32,000 nucleotides of DNA, from assembly GCF_000025945.1 (NCBI RefSeq), contig NC_006138.1, positions 30,001 to 62,000 of the forward strand, in the 5' to 3' direction. Position numbers and translations under genes: made by a program. Shown piece after piece: positions 1 to 9,298 of this stretch. Each line of letters opens with the position of its first letter. The first letter of the stretch is position 1. The notes under the pieces were generated by a model, which searched no databases, was not told the origin of the DNA, and saw only the letters and a program-made list of their open reading frames with translations. Source of the DNA: Desulfotalea psychrophila LSv54 (lineage in GTDB: Bacteria > Desulfobacterota > Desulfobulbia > Desulfobulbales > Desulfocapsaceae).

Positions 1-300
1 ATAAGGACTCACCACAGCACGAGGGTGTACCAAGCTAACAAGATCAGCTTCCACAGACATCAAAACTTTTTGCTTTTGATAACGAATGATATTATCGCCA
101 ATAGCCACCACACAACCTTGATATTGAGCAAGGGACCCAATAAGATCGGCACTGTCTCCAACAATTTGCCAGGGGCCTAGGCTACTCTTTTGCGGCCATG
201 CATCATCAAAAAATACAACATCATCCCAACCGGAGCAGAGGGCAATATCGGCAACGACCTTCCCATGCCCACTCGCCCCTAATATGGCTAATTTTTTCAT
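1..300 (-). CDS. PglD/NeuD-type sugar O/N-acetyltransferase, N-terminal part (3' end outside window)
   Basis: Not in the ORF track. The reverse complement from ATG at 300 reads open to the edge: MKKLAILGASGHGKVVADIALCSGWDDVVFFDDAWPQ...VAIGDNIIRYQ...LVHPRAVVSPY. This has the GASGHGKVVAD nucleotide-binding start and IGDN..R motif of the NeuD/PglD family. The start overlaps the upstream gene's stop (ATGA). Confidence 0.85.
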   Translation of the reverse strand, partial: MKKLAILGASGHGKVVADIALCSGWDDVVFFDDAWPQKSSLGPWQIVGDSADLIGSLAQYQGCVVAIGDNIIRYQKQKVLMSVEADLVSLVHPRAVVSPY

Positions 301-893
301 CTCTTTGAGCCTTGAAATTTTGTCATTGTCTCACAACCACCGCCACTGATCCCTTCCCGGACAAACACCTTCTTTACCGTCAAAAGCAGTATTTTGATAT
401 CAAGCCATAGTGACTGATTATCCACATACCAGACATCAAGCTGAAACTTTTCTTCCCAAGAGATAGCATTACGACCATTTATCTGCGCCCAGCCGCTTAC
501 CCCTGGACGCACCTCATGACGTCGCCTCTGCTCATCGGTATACAGCGGGAGATATTCCACAAGCAGAGGGCGTGGACCAACCAAGCTCATATCCCCCTTC
601 AAGACATTCCACAGGCCCGGTAACTCATCCAGGCTTGTGGAGCGCAACCTCTTACCAAAAGAGGTCAAACGCTCCTCATCAGCCAAAGGCCTACCGCTCC
701 CATCAAAGGCATCTCGCATGGTGCGAAACTTCACCATAGTAAAGAGATTACCATCTTTCCCTGGACGGACCTGACGAAACAATACTGGAGAACCCAGCTT
801 TTTTCGAATCTGCCAGGCAACAACAATAATCATAGGCAATAAAAAAAATAGCCCTGTACCTGAAGCAATAATATCAAATATTCTTTTAATCAC
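297..893 (-). CDS. Initiating undecaprenyl-phosphate sugar phosphotransferase (small PglC-like bacterial sugar transferase)
   Basis: 198 aa; MIKRIFDIIASGTGLFFLLP, VKFRTMRDAFD, STSLDELPGLWNVLKGDMSLVGPRPLL and RPGVSGWAQINGRN motifs of bacterial sugar transferases; one N-terminal hydrophobic segment. Confidence 0.93.
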   Translation of the reverse strand: MIKRIFDIIASGTGLFFLLPMIIVVAWQIRKKLGSPVLFRQVRPGKDGNLFTMVKFRTMRDAFDGSGRPLADEERLTSFGKRLRSTSLDELPGLWNVLKGDMSLVGPRPLLVEYLPLYTDEQRRRHEVRPGVSGWAQINGRNAISWEEKFQLDVWYVDNQSLWLDIKILLLTVKKVFVREGISGGGCETMTKFQGSKR

Positions 894-2017
894 TCTATTC
901 CCATTTCAGAAAGCATATGTGCATTTACCTTATGCACATCATATTTTTCTTCCGCGATTCTGCGCGACTCTGCACCCATCTCAGCAACCAATTCCGGATT
1001 TTCAATAAACTTCTGCATCACATCAACAAGAGCAGCCACAGACTTAACCGACACTAAATAACCATTTAAGCCATCGATAACTGTTTCACGGCAACCAGGG
1101 GCATCTGTAGTAATCACCGCTCGCCCCATAGCCATGGCCTCTAGCACGGTTCTGGGGGTACCCTCCCGGTAAGACGGTAGCACATACACACCGCAACCAG
1201 CAATGGCCGGCCGGACATCATCAAGTTTACCTAAATACTCCACAGTGCCTGCGGCAACCCAATCATCTAACTCCTGCCGTTTAATTGCATCCGGATTGTC
1301 ATCTATCCACCCCACGAGTTGAAATTGCGCCTGAGGATATATAATCTTTACTTGCACTGCCGCCTGGACATATTCGCGTACGCCTTTATCACCTAGCAAC
1401 CGGGCAATCAATAAAAAATGCGGTGATTTCGGCAAAAGAACTTGTTGGTACTCTGCCACATCCACTCCCGAGCCATTGACAATGCGGGACGCCACTTTGG
1501 CAGAAAGAATACCGAGCTTACGAAACAGCTCTTCATCATCTGGATTCTGAAAAAAGACCTTGTCCACCCTACCTAGGGCAAAGCGATATAACCGTTGGAT
1601 AAGCGTCTTAAGCAGCCCTCTCTTACCGCCGGCTTGGCCGGTAAATGCGTAACCAAGGCCAGTGATCAGCGCAAAACGGCGCGGCACTCTGGCCAACCAA
1701 GCGGCAAGACTGCCGTAAACAACAGGCTTGATGGTATAACCCAGCACAAATCTCGGCTTTATCTTTATCATCAACCGGTACAGTTCTAGTATAGTGCTAA
1801 GGTCTGCCACCGGATTCACACCGGTTCGCTGCAATCCAATAACATGCACACTTACCCCTTTGCCAGTAAGCGCCTGATGGATGGCATCACCCTCGGCCAG
1901 ATTTGGTACAGCAACATGCACCTCCAAACGCCTGGCCAACAGAGCGTCAATCAAAGGGCCGCGGAATTTAATCAACGAATCGGGAAAACTGGCAATCAGT
2001 AATACAGTATTGTTCAT
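890..2017 (-). CDS. Family 4 glycosyltransferase (GT-B)
   Basis: 375 aa; GYTIKPVVYGSLAAW, LLARLLGDKGVREYVQA and C-terminal VLPSYREGTPRTVLEAMAMGRAVITTDAPGCRETV motif. Confidence 0.92.
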   Translation of the reverse strand: MNNTVLLIASFPDSLIKFRGPLIDALLARRLEVHVAVPNLAEGDAIHQALTGKGVSVHVIGLQRTGVNPVADLSTILELYRLMIKIKPRFVLGYTIKPVVYGSLAAWLARVPRRFALITGLGYAFTGQAGGKRGLLKTLIQRLYRFALGRVDKVFFQNPDDEELFRKLGILSAKVASRIVNGSGVDVAEYQQVLLPKSPHFLLIARLLGDKGVREYVQAAVQVKIIYPQAQFQLVGWIDDNPDAIKRQELDDWVAAGTVEYLGKLDDVRPAIAGCGVYVLPSYREGTPRTVLEAMAMGRAVITTDAPGCRETVIDGLNGYLVSVKSVAALVDVMQKFIENPELVAEMGAESRRIAEEKYDVHKVNAHMLSEMGIE

Positions 2018-2205
2018 TGTTTTTGATAGCCCATCTTATGTACTGCTTTATTATCTTCATCTCCCATTCCTCTCGAACGGCCAATCACAGAAATCAGCAG
2101 AAAAATCAGCATAGGCGCAAATATCTATTTCTGACACGCAGACACCCCTAAATTAGAGATAGTAATACCCTGCTGCGATTAAAAACCTCATCACGTAAAT
2201 AGGAT

Positions 2206-3348
2206 TTATTTAATACCCCGCCAACAAGTTTCATAAGCATGCACCATTCCCTGAAGAGAAAACTGTTCTGCTATGCGTTGTGCGCTAGCATCTTTTCGTG
2301 CTTGCCATGTATCCGGATGGCTCTTTCTCTCCTCAACCATGTTCATAATCACACCGGCCAAAGCTTCGGAGTTTCGCGCAGGGCAACAGGATTCTGGTTC
2401 ACCGATAATTTCCAGAGCATCACCAACATCGGTAGAAACACAGGGTGTGCCACAGGCCATGGCCTCAGCAATCACATTAGGAAAACCTTCAGAACAACTG
2501 GAAAGCACATGAAGATCGAGTGCATTCATCACCGCAGGAATGTTACCACATTGACCGGCTAACAACACGCTATCCTGCAAGCCTAGCTCAGCAATATATG
2601 ACATAAGAACATCATTATCAACAGATAAGCCTTTACCAACCAAGACACAGCGAATATGAGTGACTTGCTTAGTGACCAACGCGAAAGCTTGCAATAAATT
2701 CAAGTGATCTTTAAGAGGGTCAAAGCGCCCCACTGTACCAAGCACAAACTCATCTTGGCTCAGCCCTAGTTTTTGTCGCATGTATATGCTTGCACCAAAA
2801 TCTGGTTTAAAACGCGACAAGTCATAACCATTTTGAATAACAGACATATTTGATTTTTTATAGCCAATATCTGCATGCACAGCCAATGCCTTATTGGCAC
2901 AGCAAATAATTTTGTCAGGTATCCAACCCGACAAAAATGCACATAAGCGAGCGATCATGATCGTTGAACACTTGGATTTACCTTTTTCCAAGGTTGAATG
3001 GCGAATCCCCCAAAAAACGCTACGGACACCTGCTAACCGCGCGGCAATGCCCCCCAACAGATCGGCATGATACATCCATGTCTGGACCACATCCGGTTGC
3101 TCTACTCGAATCAGCTTTACCAGACGAAAGAACTTAAAGATACTAGGGCTCCCCGGGTTCATGCCTAAGCAATATACACGTACACCGGCCTCTTTTAACA
3201 CTGTGCCGTACTTCCCTTGATCCATTAAAGAGATGACAACATGGATAGCCGCCTTGCTGTGTAAACAAAGACGAGTCAATACGCCTTCTGCACCACCGTC
3301 ATTCAACCCGGTAATAATATGCAAGACTTTTTTTTGCTTTGTATTCAT
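2206..3348 (-). CDS. Family 4 glycosyltransferase
   Basis: 380 aa; starts KVLHIITGLNDGGAEGVLTRLC; GTVGRFDPLKDHLNLLQAF; SSCSEGFPNVIAEAMACGTPCVSTDVGDA. Confidence 0.93.
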   Translation of the reverse strand: MNTKQKKVLHIITGLNDGGAEGVLTRLCLHSKAAIHVVISLMDQGKYGTVLKEAGVRVYCLGMNPGSPSIFKFFRLVKLIRVEQPDVVQTWMYHADLLGGIAARLAGVRSVFWGIRHSTLEKGKSKCSTIMIARLCAFLSGWIPDKIICCANKALAVHADIGYKKSNMSVIQNGYDLSRFKPDFGASIYMRQKLGLSQDEFVLGTVGRFDPLKDHLNLLQAFALVTKQVTHIRCVLVGKGLSVDNDVLMSYIAELGLQDSVLLAGQCGNIPAVMNALDLHVLSSCSEGFPNVIAEAMACGTPCVSTDVGDALEIIGEPESCCPARNSEALAGVIMNMVEERKSHPDTWQARKDASAQRIAEQFSLQGMVHAYETCWRGIK

Positions 3349-3361
3349 TATTTCAAAATCA

Positions 3362-5266
3362 TCAGAGTGTTATCGAGTTCGCATCTTGCTCATCCAGCCA
3401 TGCTTGAAACATAAGCACACTCCACAGCTTACTTGCATTATCACGCTTGCCCTGCACATGTTGCTGCCATGCTTCACGTATTGGCGCTGGATAAAAGTAC
3501 CCTTCACCTCGCAAGCGTTTTTCATCAAGCAGAGCTTCGGCCCAGTCACGTAAAGGGCCGCGAAGCCAATTTGCCAAAGGAATGGAAAAACCTTTTTTAG
3601 GGCGTTCTATCAATTCTCGAGGCACATGACGATACAACACTTCACGCAATACCCACTTGCCTTTGCCATCTCGAATTTTCATGCTCAAGGGCAATTGCCA
3701 AGCCAATTCAATCACTCTGTGATCCAACAAAGGCACGCGGGTTTCCAAACTATTAGCCATTGCTGCACGGTCAACTTTAACCAAAATATCATCTGGCATA
3801 TACATCTGTGCTTCCATGGCCATCATCCAGTGCTCGAAGCTGTCCGTTTCTGGCCACAGATCCGAGCTATTTAAAACAGACGCAGGCTCTTTAGCACCAA
3901 TGACCACGTCTTCTGGCTGCCCCCAATGACTCATGATGCTCCGATAAAATGACTCTTTATTCGAAGCACCCATCACCTCGGCCAGTTTAAGAAACTTATC
4001 AGGTAATGGCAGTCTACTCATACTGGCAGCAAGTGCTGCCCGCAGTGGCTGAGGGTAGCATTTCAGCAAGTTCCAGTAACGCGGAGTAAACAGGTAGGGG
4101 GTATAACCGCCAAACAGCTCATCTCCACCATCGCCACTGAGCGCTACGGTTACATGCTGCCTGGCCATTTTAGTTACCAAAAATGTCGGCAACTGAGAAC
4201 TGTCGGCAAAGGGTTCGCAGTAAATCGATGGTAACTGCGGTACAAGTTCCAGTGCATCCTGAGCCGATACATACAGCTCGGTATGCTCAGTTCCCAAATG
4301 GCGAGCCACCGCAGCGGCATATTGTGCCTCATTGTAACGGGGATCATCAAAACCGATGGCATAGGTCTTAACCGATTGCTGCGCCTGCTTTTGCATAAGC
4401 GCCACAACCACACTGCTATCGACCCCACCACTTAAAAATGCCCCCAAGGGAACATCCGCCAACATTTGCCCACCAATACTCTGTGACAAGCGATGCTCTA
4501 GAAGGTCAACCGCTTCAATATCGGTACCGCTGAATGGCTGGGCGATGCCAGATTCAATCGCCTGATTCATTGTCCAGTAAGCTTTTGGAGTAGCAGTATC
4601 TATATTTGATACACTATTTAAAGTGACGTAATGCCCTGGTAATAGTTTATAAATACCTTCATAAATACTCTGTGGTGCAGAGATATAGTTATGACGCATA
4701 TATACGGCCAGTGCATCACGACTTACCTTGGCCTTAAAATCAGGATGAGCCTTCAGAGCCTTAAGTTCAGAACCAAATAACAGCGTATCACCTTGCCACC
4801 CCCAGTATAAGGGCTTTTCACCAGCACGATCGCGGGCAAGGGTCAAATTTTGCTCCTGCTTATCCCACAGGGCAAGAGCAAACATCCCCACCGTGACCTT
4901 AAGTGTTTGCTCTATTCCCCAGGCTACAAAACAGGCAAGCAAGGTCTCTGTATCTGAATGTCCACGCCAGGCTGGCGCCTGATTAGCCTGTTCCAGCTTT
5001 TGACGTAACATCAAATGGTTGTATATCTCGCCATTAAATGCAATAACATAACGATCACACTGCGAGTGCATTGGCTGGTGACCGGCGGAGGACAAATCAA
5101 CAATAGCAAGCCGCGTATGCACCAGACCAATACCTGTATCAGCATCGTACCAAGTGCCTGAGGCATCGGGACCGCGATGAGAAATTGATTTCCCCATTGA
5201 TTGTAAATGCAAGATAGTATTATCTGCAATGAATTGGTAATTAAAAAAACCTGCCAGACCGCACAT
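3362..5266 (-). CDS. asnB: Asparagine synthase (glutamine-hydrolysing)-like amidotransferase
   Basis: 634 aa; catalytic start MCGLAGFFNYQF, HRGPDASGTW, AFNGEIYNH, FLSGGVDSSVVVALM PP-loop, YAIGFDDPRYNE. Family assignment is firm; the substrate may be a sugar uronate rather than aspartate. Confidence 0.92.
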   Translation of the reverse strand: MCGLAGFFNYQFIADNTILHLQSMGKSISHRGPDASGTWYDADTGIGLVHTRLAIVDLSSAGHQPMHSQCDRYVIAFNGEIYNHLMLRQKLEQANQAPAWRGHSDTETLLACFVAWGIEQTLKVTVGMFALALWDKQEQNLTLARDRAGEKPLYWGWQGDTLLFGSELKALKAHPDFKAKVSRDALAVYMRHNYISAPQSIYEGIYKLLPGHYVTLNSVSNIDTATPKAYWTMNQAIESGIAQPFSGTDIEAVDLLEHRLSQSIGGQMLADVPLGAFLSGGVDSSVVVALMQKQAQQSVKTYAIGFDDPRYNEAQYAAAVARHLGTEHTELYVSAQDALELVPQLPSIYCEPFADSSQLPTFLVTKMARQHVTVALSGDGGDELFGGYTPYLFTPRYWNLLKCYPQPLRAALAASMSRLPLPDKFLKLAEVMGASNKESFYRSIMSHWGQPEDVVIGAKEPASVLNSSDLWPETDSFEHWMMAMEAQMYMPDDILVKVDRAAMANSLETRVPLLDHRVIELAWQLPLSMKIRDGKGKWVLREVLYRHVPRELIERPKKGFSIPLANWLRGPLRDWAEALLDEKRLRGEGYFYPAPIREAWQQHVQGKRDNASKLWSVLMFQAWLDEQDANSITL

Positions 5267-5267
5267 T

Positions 5268-5378
5268 AATGCTTACTCCATAAATCCAGGTACTGTTCAG
5301 CAACCTTAATATGGCTATGAGTTTGTTCTGCAAACAGCCACAACTGATACCTCATTTCGCTTATCTTATTTTTTGATC
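5268..5378 (-). pseudogene. Possible truncated coding fragment (C-terminal tail of a lost gene)
   Basis: Reverse-complement frame reads RSKNKISEMRYQLWLFAEQTHSHIKVAEQYLDLWSKH-stop directly upstream of asnB, without a full-length ORF upstream. Low-confidence reading. Confidence 0.25.
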
Positions 5379-5383
5379 TTTAT

Positions 5384-5520
5384 ACTAATTTGTTGAACCG
5401 CTTCAGCCTCGTTCGTAAATCCAGATTCTGCCGATCAATACGTTGCGTACACAGCTCACCACAACGTGCTTTTTCTTAGGTAACTCAGCATGATACACGT
5501 CAAAATTGTCAGTGCATAAA
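5384..5520 (-). pseudogene. IS1-family transposase remnant (C-terminal part, frameshifted)
   Basis: Reverse complement in two frames gives CTDNFDVYHAELPKKKHVV and then ELCTQRIDRQNLDLRTRLKRFNKLV-stop, resembling the IS1 transposase 'TDxxxxYxxxLPxxxH...T(Q)xIERxNLxxRxRxKRL' region. No intact ORF. Confidence 0.5.
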
Positions 5521-5550
5521 AACACCTTATACCATCATTTCAATAGATTG

Positions 5551-5559
5551 GCATCACAC
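5551..5559. repeat. Target site duplication of the IS5-family element, left copy (GCATCACAC)
   Basis: GCATCACAC immediately precedes the left IR and is repeated exactly at 6655-6663 after the right IR. Confidence 0.85.
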
Positions 5560-6654
5560 GGCCTTGTTGCATAAATCATGAGGAAAGAAAATCATCTTCC
5601 CTCTACTCCATTCCATCTTATTAACCCGGTGGACATCCTCCTACAAAAGAACAAGATGGTATGTCCATAATTTCAGCAATTTAGCTTGGTGATTTTAAAC
5701 CTAATTGTCCGCCGGTTTAATAGTAAACAACCTCTCGAACAGGCATCCCTAAAGAATTAATTTTGTTCAAAGCCTTGATCGCAGCCCTATCTGCTGGTAC
5801 CCAGTATTCGCGGAGGCTCAATTTATCATTAATCAACTGCTTGTAGCGATACATCGCTGTTTCAGCAAGAGACCTTTGATGATACCCTGTGCTTGCTTCC
5901 CACTCTTTCAACTCACCTTTTTGCAATGCTCCTACAGCTTCATTTCTTGGATGGCCTTCCTCCCACATAGCAGCATTTTTCCGTGGTGGATGAGCAGAGA
6001 CACCTTTGACTACAATATGATAGCAATCTTGTGTTCCACACCATCGCCTGATATCTGCTCTATGCGTCGATGAAGAGGTTTCAATACCTTGGAGTCATGA
6101 ACACGCTCTAGCGAGATTTCGCCACTTAGGTGATCGATCTCGGCATCGATTGCAAGGTGAATCTTACGCCAGGTTCTACGTTTGGAGGCCCCGTGTTTTC
6201 TGACGCTCCACTCTCCTTCTCCATGGTTTAGCCCCGTCGAATCGATATGCTTAATCGGCCCATGACTTGGCAGCCTATAATTCACCTTAACAGTTTGGGC
6301 ACGTCTGCCAACAGGTTTTTCAGGTGCCTGGAGGTCGATATCCATCAGTTCAAAAAGTGAATTCAGAAAACCTTCAGCTCCTCGGAGAGACAGGCCGTAA
6401 ATGGTTCCACATCAAACAAGTCGTGTATCATCAGTGTACTTGCGGCTACGGCCACGCTGTCCCGATGGTGTCGTGCTGTACCAACTTTTAATCGCTTTCT
6501 TGTCCACCCAAAATGTCAACGCCATTGCTTCAGCGCCCCACTCCGGCCAATTTTTGATCTTTCCCCTGCTCTCTCTCATGACTCCTCCAATGCTCCATGT
6601 TACAAGAAAACATCATCGAGCAATGCTAGCAACTTCTATTTGTGCAACAAGGCC
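5560..6654 (-). mobile_element. IS5-family (IS903-group-like) insertion sequence, 1095 bp, transposase degenerate
   Basis: Left end GGCCTTGTTGCATAAATC; right end, reverse complemented, GGCCTTGTTGCACAAATA; flanked by a perfect 9-bp duplication GCATCACAC; contains a minus-strand IS5/IS903-type transposase in pieces. Confidence 0.9.
5717..6589 (-). pseudogene. IS5-family transposase, disrupted
   Basis: From 6589: MRESRGKIKNWPEWGAEAMALTFWVDKKAIKSWYSTTPSGQRGRSRKYTDDTRLV-stop-CGTIYGLSLRGAEGFLNSLFELMDIDLQAPE; then DSTGLNHGEGEWSVRKHGASKRRTWRKIHLAIDAE (ORF 6010..6345); a frameshift near 6035; then CYHIVVKGVSAHPPRKNAAMWEEGHPRNEAV...YHQRSLAETAMYRYKQLINDKLSLREY (ORF 5717..5968). Confidence 0.88.
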
Positions 6655-6663
6655 GCATCACAC
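6655..6663. repeat. Target site duplication of the IS5-family element, right copy (GCATCACAC)
   Basis: Exact match to 5551-5559. Confidence 0.85.
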
Positions 6664-6673
6664 CCATAAATTA

Positions 6674-7183
6674 TTATAAATTTCTAATTTTACTTGCTGG
6701 ATTACCCACGTAGATACCTGATTCAAATATAGATTTAGCAACTACACTCCCAGCACCGATAATCACTCTATCGGTAATTGTTATACCTGGCAAAATAATA
6801 GCTCTTGCACCTATCCAACAATCATTGCCAATTTTTATTGGCGCTGTAATTATATCTTGTTCACGTAAAAGAAGCTTAGTGTCAGTATATCCATGGCCTC
6901 CAGTTAGCATCATAACTTCTGGGCCAATCATAACATCACATCCAATTTCAACCTTTTCCATACAGACTATTCTAGAATTTTCACCTATTCCTGAGTTTTC
7001 ACCAATCGTTATATTATGCCCTCTACCAAAGTACACCCCCTTAGCTATGTTCACATTCTTCCCTACATATTTAAATATGTGAGCAACAACTAAACGACGA
7101 AGAAAAACACCAAAACTAACAAATGAAACTGATGGCAGATAAATCAAGAAAGAGTAATAAAAAAACAAAAACAAGTAATTCAT
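6674..7183 (-). CDS. Hexapeptide-repeat acyltransferase (WcaF/WcaB-like)
   Basis: 169 aa; left-handed beta-helix pattern IGENSGIGENSRIVCMEKVEIGCDVMIGPEVMM and IKIGNDCWIGARAIILPGITITDRVIIGAGSVV. Confidence 0.88.
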   Translation of the reverse strand: MNYLFLFFYYSFLIYLPSVSFVSFGVFLRRLVVAHIFKYVGKNVNIAKGVYFGRGHNITIGENSGIGENSRIVCMEKVEIGCDVMIGPEVMMLTGGHGYTDTKLLLREQDIITAPIKIGNDCWIGARAIILPGITITDRVIIGAGSVVAKSIFESGIYVGNPASKIRNL

Positions 7184-7184
7184 A

Positions 7185-8348
7185 TTAACCCCAAATCTTA
7201 ATCTTCTTAAAAAAGAAATAATAAATAACAGAATACAGTGTAAAATCTAAAAAAGGCGCAAACCAACCATGAAATAAATACAAAAGAGAAAAAAGCGAAA
7301 AGAGTCTAACATACCTCGCGCCAAGATACCTTGCGCCAACAAAAAGCGGCACAAAATGTATGCAAAAAACAAACATAAAAAAGAACACTGAAGAAAAACC
7401 TAGCAGCCCAATCCATCCAGCCATACCTGGGTCTACATTATACACTTCTCCTTTTAAATAAGCTCCAGATAACACTAGATTAAGATCAGGCCTTGAAAAT
7501 GAAGGAAATATTTTTATGAAAATCTCGTATAGAATCCCATTTTCAAAAAAAGTTCTAAAGTTTCGATTTAAAAAAAGATCCCAATACATCTCTCTATTTT
7601 CTATTAAACTTGCTGAATAATTCAAATGTTGAAATCTACTTATAACACTGAAAATTATTTTTCCAAAAAAATCAAAATTATAATTACCAACAACATTTAT
7701 AATTATCTCATTTACAGCAATTCCTTTTCTTAACCCCCACTTAAGGCCATCAATAAAAGGAAGAGACAATATTAAAGCAATAAACAACAGAAAAAATTTT
7801 ATACTATTTTTAGCTTTAAAATAAATTTCATTTCGAACAAGGTACAGCAGAAAAACTATAAAAACACTTCCCATCCAGCCCCTGCTCATCAATGAAAATC
7901 CCAAAAATAATAAATTGTATTTGCAAACTTTATTATTTGAAATAAAAGGTATTGTTAGAATAGCAAGAAGGTCAGGTTTAACGATAACAAAAACATAGTT
8001 GAGTAAGTTAACCTCTGCAAATCTAAATTTAGAACCAGCGATACCCGAACCTGTATAAATACAAAACAGCCAGAAAGCCACTTGAATTATCAATACAACC
8101 AGCCCAGATCTTTTATTCACGAATAGCAAACTATCTCTTTCTAATTTTGTTTTAGCAACAAAATAGAAGAAAACAATATATACAATAGATAATAATTGAA
8201 ACATATAACTTAGTAAATATGAAATAGGTGATATCTTCACCCACTGCTCATCAAACAAAAAACCACCATTTGATATGCCTCTAACAAGAAAGAGTGCATT
8301 CACAACTGCATATACCAATGACAGCAAAAAAACTGAATCTATTTTCAC
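7185..8348 (-). CDS. Wzy-like O-antigen/polysaccharide polymerase (multi-pass membrane protein)
   Basis: 387 aa, many hydrophobic segments, long extracytoplasmic loop, sited between wzx-like and glycosyltransferase genes. Assignment rests on topology and context, since Wzy sequences diverge strongly. Confidence 0.65.
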   Translation of the reverse strand: MKIDSVFLLSLVYAVVNALFLVRGISNGGFLFDEQWVKISPISYLLSYMFQLLSIVYIVFFYFVAKTKLERDSLLFVNKRSGLVVLIIQVAFWLFCIYTGSGIAGSKFRFAEVNLLNYVFVIVKPDLLAILTIPFISNNKVCKYNLLFLGFSLMSRGWMGSVFIVFLLYLVRNEIYFKAKNSIKFFLLFIALILSLPFIDGLKWGLRKGIAVNEIIINVVGNYNFDFFGKIIFSVISRFQHLNYSASLIENREMYWDLFLNRNFRTFFENGILYEIFIKIFPSFSRPDLNLVLSGAYLKGEVYNVDPGMAGWIGLLGFSSVFFFMFVFCIHFVPLFVGARYLGARYVRLFSLFSLLYLFHGWFAPFLDFTLYSVIYYFFFKKIKIWG

Positions 8349-9298
8349 TAAAAAAACCTTTTGAATTTCTCTCTCATTGATATTACTTTCCCAAATAGCC
8401 TAGGCCAAATAAAAATAAAAAGATTAACCCAGCCATATCTTCCAGCAATCATTGACTGTCTTGCAAATCTTGTAGCATCACTATATGCACCAATATACGA
8501 AGAAACAAATGCATACTTTGTCAATGATTTACCATACAAATTCTGTATATCTATTTTTTTATCGGGGAAGATTAACTTAGCCGATGCATACACCCTTTTG
8601 TTTGCTTCAACTACACTTTTATTAATGACACCTCCTTCAACAGCTACACCCGAAAACGCTCTATAACTTCCCAACACTTTATCTAAATGATAACTACACC
8701 CTAACAAAGAATGTTCAAAGTGCATCTCTATATCTACCATACCATCGAAATACAATCTATCCCAACAGTCTTCAGGTACATTGTTTCTGAACATTTTTGA
8801 TGAGTGAGCAAAAAAAGGTAATTGGGATAATAACTCAAAAGTAGTATGCATTCCTTCAGGCCAACGACGATAAGAATGTCTTAGTATATTTCCTTCACTG
8901 CTTATAACATTTACATCATGAGTACAAAAAAACACATCAGAGTGAGAGTCAAGCACCTCAACCTGCCGTAAAATCTTATCTGGTGATAATATATCATCAC
9001 CATCGACATGGGCAATATATCTACCTCGTGCTTCTTTATAGAGATCAATAATATTTTTTGCTGGTCCCAAATTATTTTTTCTTACAATCAACCTGATTAG
9101 CGTTGGGTATTTTGCTGCTAACTCGGTTATAATAGATTTTGTTGAATCAGTAGAGGCATCATCCGCGATTAATATCTCATAATTAAAACCAACATCTTGG
9201 TTTACCGCACTCATCACGGCATCGCCAATATATTTTTCTTGATTATAGGTAACAACACACACCGAAACTTTAATTTCTGAATTCATGCTATCCATCAC
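8348..9298 (-). CDS. Family 2 glycosyltransferase
   Basis: 316 aa; VSVCVVTYNQEKYIGDAVMSAVNQ, YEILIADDASTDSTKSII, ARGRYIAHVDGDD. Confidence 0.93.
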   Translation of the reverse strand: MMDSMNSEIKVSVCVVTYNQEKYIGDAVMSAVNQDVGFNYEILIADDASTDSTKSIITELAAKYPTLIRLIVRKNNLGPAKNIIDLYKEARGRYIAHVDGDDILSPDKILRQVEVLDSHSDVFFCTHDVNVISSEGNILRHSYRRWPEGMHTTFELLSQLPFFAHSSKMFRNNVPEDCWDRLYFDGMVDIEMHFEHSLLGCSYHLDKVLGSYRAFSGVAVEGGVINKSVVEANKRVYASAKLIFPDKKIDIQNLYGKSLTKYAFVSSYIGAYSDATRFARQSMIAGRYGWVNLFIFIWPRLFGKVISMREKFKRFF

